A DNA stretch of 14,852 nucleotides, taken from assembly GCA_045106415.1 (NCBI GenBank), contig JBGCEP010000040.1, forward strand, positions 1-14,852, written 5' to 3'. This stretch comes from Oligoflexales bacterium. GTDB lineage: Bacteria > Bdellovibrionota_B > Oligoflexia > Oligoflexales > Bog-1112. A model generated the notes under the pieces. It saw nothing but the letters and a program-made list of their open reading frames with translations. It was not told where the DNA came from and did not search any database. Shown piece by piece: positions 1 through 6,255 of the stretch. Position numbers and translations under genes: made by a program. The stretch's first letter is position 1; each line of letters begins with the position of its first letter.

Positions 1-13
1 TCTACTTAAATAA

Positions 14-41
14 TTAAGTTTTACTCTCCCAACACCGACAC
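14..41 (+). promoter_or_regulatory. Possible sigma-28 (FliA)-type promoter upstream of the lipoprotein operon
   Basis: TTAAGTTT (14-21), a 12-nt spacer and ACCGACAC (34-41), compared with the consensus TAAAGTTT-N11-GCCGATAA. It lies 40 nt upstream of ATG 81. Motif match by eye only. Confidence 0.3.
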
Positions 42-80
42 GGTGTTCGCAATACCTTGTAGATAGGTCGGAGAGAAAGT

Positions 81-809
81 ATGGATTTTAGAGCCGTTAT
101 TTTGAGTAGATGGATGGTCCCTTTTATTACCATCGGACTAGGAGGAGCTGCGTGTGCTCCTTCAGCTGAGGATCAAACATCAGGTGCAAGTCGAACTCCG
201 ATCGAGCAAAGAGACTCTACCTACGACTCATCGAAATCTGATGAAAGCCTAGAAGTTGGAGGATCTTCTACAGATCACGAAAGCGATGATATTTTAATAC
301 CACAACCAATATCAGGCTCATGGCTTTCTTGTGCGAGCCTCGGAGAAGGTGAAGCTCAGTGTGAAGTTGAAGATGAAGATATAGAGCGTATAAAAGATAT
401 TGAAGGCGATATTCAATGGGTTGCAATGTGGGACGATGGTCGTGAGCTATCAAAAGATGTTGCTGAACATATTGAGTTTAATGTCTCTGAAGATGGGCTT
501 ATGGTCTCTTTCTCATTTGGAGATTTGGATAAAGATATTCAAGAGAAAATTGTTATTGAATTGATGAAGGGCTCTGTTCTTGCTGGAAGAAGCCCAGCTT
601 TTTCTGAGCTTCCTAAAGTGGTTTTAGGTGATGATGAACCCAGCGTTTCATCATCATCTTCATATATTGAAGATGATGTTGTTTGTGAGAATGGATCAAA
701 CCCAGACTTAAGAGGCCGCTGGCTTGTGTGTTTGAGTGGGTGGGATTCTGGTCTATGTCCAGGAGGACAGAAAGCTCAGAGTAATCAGTACTGTCCTGTA
801 ACGAAGTGA
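81..809 (+). CDS. Hypothetical acidic lipoprotein with a C-terminal 4-Cys mini-domain
   Basis: 242-aa ORF with SD GGAG at 70-73. The N-terminal hydrophobic stretch ends in lipobox-like GAAC. It has Ser/Asp/Glu-rich linkers, a Cys pair (WLSC...AQC) and four Cys in the last 41 aa. No recognisable family. Confidence 0.8.
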   Translation: MDFRAVILSRWMVPFITIGLGGAACAPSAEDQTSGASRTPIEQRDSTYDSSKSDESLEVGGSSTDHESDDILIPQPISGSWLSCASLGEGEAQCEVEDEDIERIKDIEGDIQWVAMWDDGRELSKDVAEHIEFNVSEDGLMVSFSFGDLDKDIQEKIVIELMKGSVLAGRSPAFSELPKVVLGDDEPSVSSSSSYIEDDVVCENGSNPDLRGRWLVCLSGWDSGLCPGGQKAQSNQYCPVTK

Positions 810-822
810 TCGGAGTTCTTCT

Positions 823-1869
823 GTGAGAATAGTTTGGATCTATTTTTTATTTTTAAGTGCTTCGTGTGATAGCAACTCTGATCAACGATCTCGGGTTTCA
901 GCGTCAGATGTGAGTGAGCTTATTGATAAAGACGATGACGATAGCCAGTTTCAGGAGATTGTTGGCTCTAATAGTGCAAAAGACTTGAGTGATAGCGGTA
1001 AAAGGCTTGTAAGATCTATGGCCGTTTTAGGCGATTCTTTTACGATGGGTTTCTTTCTTGATACATCTATGGGGAAAGAACTCCCAAAAAAAGGCGCTAG
1101 TGAAAGGTTTGTTCGAGAAATTTGGCTTGAAGGTCAAAGAAATTTTGAAGCGTTAGCAGACGACTTGAGTGTTGATTTTTCGAAAATGAAAGGAAACCCA
1201 TATAGTGCAACGGGAAAATGCAATTCACATGCTTGCGAGTTAGGGTTGTCAAAGGCAAATATCACGGTAGAAGCTAAGGCAAGAGTGAGTGCTGATGATT
1301 TATCAAGACAAGCACAGGGTGTGCCTGAAGGGGTCGACTATGTTGTGCTTCAAGTTCCTGCTGCTGATTTTTGTGAAATGAGTGCTTCAAACTATGAAGA
1401 GCAGATGATCGAGAGCATTGAAGGTCTTGAAAATGCTTTTGAATCTTTATCTGGTTTTGATGTCAATCCGGTTGTGTTGGTTGTTCCTCCATATAATCTG
1501 GTTGATGTTTTTTCTAAAACAAAAGGTTCAGATCAAGCTATCTCTTCTCCGAGAAAAACTTTATGTTCAGAAGCTAGGGATGGAGATAGCGGTGGGAACG
1601 CAAATGTTGTTCAGTTATGTCCGTCGATGCTTGATGGTGATTTTAAGAAGGTTGCGAAAAAGGTGCAGAAATCTTGGTATCGCGCCATAGAAGAATCTGT
1701 CAAGAATTTTAAAATTCAGAGTCAATCAAATTTTTTATATGCAAAAGATGTTGAAAAAATAACATTCAAAACATCAGAACTTGCTCTTGATTGTTTGCAT
1801 CCGAATGCAGATGGTTTAGAGAAGATTGCGGAGAGCACATGGTCTACTGTCGCACCATACATACGTTAA
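823..1869 (+). CDS. SGNH/GDSL-family hydrolase lipoprotein (lipase/esterase/phospholipase B-like)
   Basis: GTG start with GGAG at 812-815 and lipobox LSASC. Block I is MAVLGDSFTMG (Ser codon 1036-1038) and block V is LDCLHPNADG (D-x-x-H). The protein has several Cys. Confidence 0.85.
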   Translation: MRIVWIYFLFLSASCDSNSDQRSRVSASDVSELIDKDDDDSQFQEIVGSNSAKDLSDSGKRLVRSMAVLGDSFTMGFFLDTSMGKELPKKGASERFVREIWLEGQRNFEALADDLSVDFSKMKGNPYSATGKCNSHACELGLSKANITVEAKARVSADDLSRQAQGVPEGVDYVVLQVPAADFCEMSASNYEEQMIESIEGLENAFESLSGFDVNPVVLVVPPYNLVDVFSKTKGSDQAISSPRKTLCSEARDGDSGGNANVVQLCPSMLDGDFKKVAKKVQKSWYRAIEESVKNFKIQSQSNFLYAKDVEKITFKTSELALDCLHPNADGLEKIAESTWSTVAPYIR

Positions 1870-4262
1870 TATTTGCGTCATTGCTCGTGATGAGTTGTGA
1901 CCATCAAATGACAAATCTGGGGAGGACCGCTCCATCTCGGGCTTCTGATGAAATATCCAAGAAACCAGTGATTGGCGCTGATCAAAATGTTGGGGTTTTA
2001 GAAGGTGTTTTGGATACGATTGTTACAAAAGCCCCTTCAAAAGAATCCACAGAGAAAAAATCTATTTTTCACTTTTCTTGTAACCATACAGCTCAATGTT
2101 TGTATGAAGTGAGACTTGACCAGCAAGAATGGCATCTCATTCTTTCATCTGTGTATGAAGTTGATGTTGAAGTCGGTGAACATCAGCTTGAAGTGAGAGC
2201 TGTTGACCATTTTGAAAATAAAGATCCAAGTCCGATCGTTGTTTTTTGGAACGTGAGGGAAGGCCTTCTCGTTGATGATTTTGTTTTTCTTGGAAAAGAA
2301 AAAAATGTAACAGGATCTTGGTCTGTTGCCACCAAGAGTGAGTGTGCTGTTCTAAAGCATGTGGAAGATCTTGATGACATAAAATTGGAAGGAGACTTGA
2401 AAAAAGGCGACTTGATTGCAGGTGCCATGGTGGTTGATGTTGGTGTTTTGACGAATTACTCCGAGAGTGTTTCTCTTTCGAGTGTTTATTATTCTGTTGC
2501 GTGTCGTCGCCTTGGAGGAGGGCTGTGGTCTTCTGTTAAAACAAGAAAAGTTCATCCTTTAAGGAAACCCGAGGTTGTCTCGCATCTTGGGGGTGGAGTC
2601 CGTAAACTTGTACAAAGCCCCCAATCAGCAGCTTTATATGGAGTTTCAGACGGTGGTATCATGATCTTCGCGCAAACAGAATCCACGATTCAAGCGACTC
2701 AAACTCTGACGATTCCTGGTTTAAAAGATATTGTTATTCGAGATAATGTTTTATTAGCGCTAAATCATGACGGTGTGATCTCTCAGTGGGATCTTTTGAA
2801 AAATCCTTTGCTTCCTGAGAAGATTAATGATTTCAAATTACCTTCGCCTGCGCAAACTTTAGGTTTTCAATCAAGTGAGAAAGTATGGGCTTTTTCTGAG
2901 AAGTTACAAAAATCATATGTTCTTAATTGGAGTGCAGAGGGTTTTTCTTTAGATAGAGAAGAAAGCCTAGAAAAAAAATCTACAAAGCTTATGTCGATTG
3001 GTGGTAAATTGTGGGCGTTAGGCGAAAACATCGTGTTTGATGACTCGACACCCGAGATTTCTATTCAGAATGCTGTTGATATGGCAGATGTAGGACAAAC
3101 TGGATGGGTTTTGACATCTGTGGATGGCACATGTTCTCTTTCTCTTCTGATCGATGGACTTGTACAACCACAAAATGTGGCAGGATTAGATTGTGATCAT
3201 ACTCAAGTTCATGCCCTCCAATCAGGGGTTGTTCTCATGGGAGGAGGTCTTCCTCAGAAAATTTCTGGAACTCCAGGGGCTCTTGTACTTGAAACTATAG
3301 GGGCTGAAGCTTGGACATCTGTAGTTGAAGTTGGAAATGGTTATCTCGGAGTGAAATCAGATTATCAATTGGAATGGGCTCGAGTGGGGGAAGCGATCCA
3401 AGAGGTGCCGTTAGTCACGGGTCTTTTCGGTGTACTGCAACATGGAGAAAATCTCTATAGTTGGGGTGGTCCAAGTCTTTTAGTCGCAAATATTATTGAT
3501 CAAAAGATTCGACCGCTGAACCTGACACGATTTGGGACATCTGTTTTGGATGTCGCTCATCACAAGACAAAACCTCTTATCGCTGTGGCTTTAGATCCTG
3601 GGGGAGTACAAGTTTTTGATGTTCAAAACCCTCAGCAGCCACTTTTATTATCGACATGGCATGCAGAAAAAAGATTTTGGAGAGTGGTGTGGAATGAAAA
3701 CGCTGTGATTGCAACAGGCCCTGAGGCTTTGGTGCACTGGAATTCACAAGGAGAAGTCTTATCAGAGAGACCTCTGCTTGGGGAAGATGAAGGAGAGCAT
3801 ATTGTCCTAACACCGGATTATCTTTTTCACCTTGGAACCAACCAGGAACTTCGCGTCTGGGGTCAGCCGTTTCAAGTGGATACAGACCCATACTGGCATA
3901 AAAATTATCGAGGAAGCCCGCGCTACGGTGTTTGGGTGAATGACTCGCTCTATATGGCAGATTTGTTTCAAGGGTTTTTGCGTTGGGAAATTCAAGAGGA
4001 TGATCTTATTATGGTGGAATCAAAGAAGGTGGTGGGGCTTCCTCGAAAGGTTCATGTTTTTGGTGATCGTTCTGCTTTTGTCGTGGAGCCCTATGGAGTG
4101 CATGTCTTCGAGCGGAGCACTTCTGGTGAAACATGGCTTCTTGACACATGGTCTTTGCCTGGAGGTGTTCCTTCACAGGTGGTTGCTGTGTCGCCTGAAT
4201 ATGCTGTTGTTTCTGATACAGAACTTGGTCTTCTTTTGGTGAAAGGGCTTATTGAAGATTAG
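1839..4262 (+). CDS. Large lipoprotein with an N-terminal Ig-like domain and beta-propeller (LVIVD-like) repeats
   Basis: Start moved from TTG 1791 to ATG 1839, which has GGAG at 1830-1833 and gives the signal peptide MVYCRTIHTLIFASLLVMS-C. Positions 2010-2255 match the bacterial Ig-like pattern DT.I...P......F.F......LD...W......GEH.LEVRAVD...N.DPSP....W.V. Later repeats such as GGVQVFDVQNPQQPLLLSTW, LYMADLFQGF and AVVSDTELGLLLV are LVIVD/propeller-like. Confidence 0.75.
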   Translation: MVYCRTIHTLIFASLLVMSCDHQMTNLGRTAPSRASDEISKKPVIGADQNVGVLEGVLDTIVTKAPSKESTEKKSIFHFSCNHTAQCLYEVRLDQQEWHLILSSVYEVDVEVGEHQLEVRAVDHFENKDPSPIVVFWNVREGLLVDDFVFLGKEKNVTGSWSVATKSECAVLKHVEDLDDIKLEGDLKKGDLIAGAMVVDVGVLTNYSESVSLSSVYYSVACRRLGGGLWSSVKTRKVHPLRKPEVVSHLGGGVRKLVQSPQSAALYGVSDGGIMIFAQTESTIQATQTLTIPGLKDIVIRDNVLLALNHDGVISQWDLLKNPLLPEKINDFKLPSPAQTLGFQSSEKVWAFSEKLQKSYVLNWSAEGFSLDREESLEKKSTKLMSIGGKLWALGENIVFDDSTPEISIQNAVDMADVGQTGWVLTSVDGTCSLSLLIDGLVQPQNVAGLDCDHTQVHALQSGVVLMGGGLPQKISGTPGALVLETIGAEAWTSVVEVGNGYLGVKSDYQLEWARVGEAIQEVPLVTGLFGVLQHGENLYSWGGPSLLVANIIDQKIRPLNLTRFGTSVLDVAHHKTKPLIAVALDPGGVQVFDVQNPQQPLLLSTWHAEKRFWRVVWNENAVIATGPEALVHWNSQGEVLSERPLLGEDEGEHIVLTPDYLFHLGTNQELRVWGQPFQVDTDPYWHKNYRGSPRYGVWVNDSLYMADLFQGFLRWEIQEDDLIMVESKKVVGLPRKVHVFGDRSAFVVEPYGVHVFERSTSGETWLLDTWSLPGGVPSQVVAVSPEYAVVSDTELGLLLVKGLIED

Positions 4263-4284
4263 CTCTTTATAAATAAAATCTTTG

Positions 4285-4321
4285 AAAAAAAGGTAGGCCT
4301 CAGAACAACTGAAACCTACCT
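4285..4321 (-). terminator. Rho-independent terminator of the AAA+ ATPase gene
   Basis: On the minus strand: AGGTAGGTTTCAG-ttgtt-CTGAGGCCTACCT-TTTTTT. This is a 13-bp stem (two G-U pairs that form only on the minus transcript) followed by a U-tract, starting 8 nt after the stop codon. Confidence 0.85.
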
Positions 4322-4329
4322 GGAAATTA

Positions 4330-5643
4330 TTACATGTAAAGGTGAGAGATATTTGATGGAAGCTCATCTTTTTTCTTAAATTTATCCACAATCATATTCA
4401 AAGCTTTTTCGAAGTGTCTAATTTCGACGTAGTCAGCACGTTCGAAGCCAGCAAAGAGTGCAGCTTGGTTGCACAGAGCTTTAAAGTCTGCGCTAGAGAG
4501 CCCAGCTGTGTCTTTCAGCATTTTGCTTTCAAAGTGATTTTCAAGAGCATCGAAGTCTTGGACTTTTAGGCGACGGGCATAAAAGCTAAATAGCTCTTGT
4601 CTTGTCGCATCTGTTGGAAGTGTGAAAGGAACTGTTTGAAAACGACCTGAGCGAAGCAGTGCGCTGTCAATGGATGAAATGTGGTTTGTCGCTGCAAATA
4701 AAAGAATTTTAGATGCGTGGAAGCCATCGACTTCAGCAAGGAGTTGATTGATGAGTTCACGTGTTGACATTTTGTTACCACTGTCCTCATCACGAGAGCC
4801 CACAGCATCGATTTCATCGATAAAGATCATAGCTCTTTTATGACGTGTGGCTCTTTGTCTAGCTTCTGCAAATACTTTTTTCACATTATCTTTTGAACCA
4901 CCAACCCATTTTGATTTTAAGCTAGGGCCTGTAATGTATGTTAATGGATAATCAAGTTCACTTGATAGAATTTTTGCTAAGTAAGTTTTTCCAACCCCAG
5001 GAGGTCCAGCAAACATAAATGCTTTTGGCATTTCTGCGCCAAGCTCTAGAAAACGTTCTTCATCTTGGTAGTAAGCAAGAAGATGTTGGATCATGACAGG
5101 TATTTCACCGATCCAATCGTTTTCAAGAGATAAGCCTTCGTGATTGTCGCCGCCCACGTACGACTTTTTTGGAGCCTTTGCCGGAGAAAGAATAATTTCG
5201 AAGCTTTCTGGAGGAGCAGTTCTTTTTCTTGGAGTTAAAGGGGGTGTTGCCTTTCCTTCTTCTTTTTCATCATCACTGCTTTCATCTGAGTCGACAGTGC
5301 GAATGTCGTCGTCAGTATCTGTGTTGATCGTAGGTGTGGTGGGTGTGTAGTCCTCGTCAGAGTCACTCTCGTTACTGTCCACGTCACTTTCAGAGTCGTT
5401 ATCGTCTTCAGTGTTGCCATCTTGAAAAGTAACATTGAGTGCTGCGGGTTCTAGTCCAGTGCGAATCACTTCTTTTAAGATTTTTAAAAGTTTCGCTTCA
5501 GCTTCTTCTCGAAGTTTTTGCTCTTCGATTTCTTGCTGAGAGTGTGAAGGGTTTTCACCCCTGCTCGCTTCAGAGGTTTGTGCAAAAGCAACTGGAACCA
5601 TAAAAAACGAAAAAAGGGACAAAGCCAGATCATGCCTTTTCAT
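4330..5643 (-). CDS. Classic-clade AAA+ ATPase (FtsH/Cdc48/PAN-like single module) with signal peptide, acidic linker and C-terminal HbYX motif
   Basis: Start moved to ATG 5643, which is preceded by AAAGGAG, giving 437 aa. It has Walker A GPPGVGKT (4984-5007), pore loop KWVG, Walker B IFIDEID, NQLLAEVDGF, SRH ATNHISSIDSALLRSGRF and lid GLSSADFKALCNQAA. There is no HExxH protease domain. The protein ends SHLYM followed by two stop codons. Confidence 0.92.
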   Translation of the reverse strand: MKRHDLALSLFSFFMVPVAFAQTSEASRGENPSHSQQEIEEQKLREEAEAKLLKILKEVIRTGLEPAALNVTFQDGNTEDDNDSESDVDSNESDSDEDYTPTTPTINTDTDDDIRTVDSDESSDDEKEEGKATPPLTPRKRTAPPESFEIILSPAKAPKKSYVGGDNHEGLSLENDWIGEIPVMIQHLLAYYQDEERFLELGAEMPKAFMFAGPPGVGKTYLAKILSSELDYPLTYITGPSLKSKWVGGSKDNVKKVFAEARQRATRHKRAMIFIDEIDAVGSRDEDSGNKMSTRELINQLLAEVDGFHASKILLFAATNHISSIDSALLRSGRFQTVPFTLPTDATRQELFSFYARRLKVQDFDALENHFESKMLKDTAGLSSADFKALCNQAALFAGFERADYVEIRHFEKALNMIVDKFKKKDELPSNISHLYM

Positions 5644-5750
5644 AAACGCTCCTTTAAAAGAAAAATGTCCAAAACTTTCTAAGAGACGATTCCACAGCGG
5701 CGTTTGAGATGCAAGCAAGTATTTCAAAATCTAAATAAAAAATTAAACTC

Positions 5751-5779
5751 TTGTGAATATTTTGTAAAACGTTTATTTT
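5751..5779 (+). promoter_or_regulatory. Possible sigma-70 promoter for the YqeY-like gene
   Basis: TTGTGA, a 17-nt spacer and TATTTT in the AT-rich divergent intergenic region, upstream of SD GAGGT (5793-5797). Confidence 0.3.
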
Positions 5780-5801
5780 CCATGTTTTAATTGAGGTTGT
5801 T

Positions 5802-6215
5802 ATGATTGAGAGAGTTAGCGAAGATATTAAAGAAGCCATGAAGCAAAAAAATCGATCCAAGCTTGAGGTTTTGAGAATGTTAAAATCTCGCTTACTTGAG
5901 AATCAAACTTCGTCAAAGCCTCAAGACCCTCAAAATGTTATCATTCAATATTCGAAACAGTTGCAAGGTTCTTTAGAATCTTACCCGCAAGATTCAGATG
6001 CATATCAAAAAATAGTGAATGAATTGAAAATGGTTGAAGAATATATGCCGCAAAAACTTAGTGAGGGCGAAGTTCGCTCTCTTATTGTGACGTTTTGTGA
6101 GCAAGCCGATAATTTTGGAGCTGTAATGAAAATGCTTGCTCCAGAAATTAAAGGTCGTTTTGACGGTAAGAAAGCTTCTGAAATTGTTAAGGAAGTTTTT
6201 GCTGAGAAGTCCTAA
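5802..6215 (+). CDS. yqeY: GatB/YqeY domain protein
   Basis: 137 aa with the typical pattern ERVSEDIKEAMKQK...LRMLKS, EL..VEEYMPQKLSE.EV and FGAVMK.L.PEIKGRFDGK. SD GAGG is present. Confidence 0.9.
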   Translation: MIERVSEDIKEAMKQKNRSKLEVLRMLKSRLLENQTSSKPQDPQNVIIQYSKQLQGSLESYPQDSDAYQKIVNELKMVEEYMPQKLSEGEVRSLIVTFCEQADNFGAVMKMLAPEIKGRFDGKKASEIVKEVFAEKS

Positions 6216-6255
6216 AAAGTGCTAGCGACCTTAGGTTTTGATCTTTAGTTGTGCT

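Noticed and set aside
1791..1838. Upstream TTG start for the 823-aa ORF
   Set aside because: It would overlap the catalytic DxxH codons of the SGNH gene and bury the signal peptide. ATG 1839 has an SD.
4330..5727. Annotating the ATPase as ftsH, or using the TTG start at 5727
   Set aside because: There is no HExxH/M41 domain and no pair of TM helices. ATG 5643 has a strong SD and yields a clean signal peptide, whereas the extension runs through the AT-rich divergent promoter region.
5708..5730. Sigma-54 promoter suggested by TTGC motifs
   Set aside because: The required GG dinucleotide at -24 is absent at both this site and 10777-10800.
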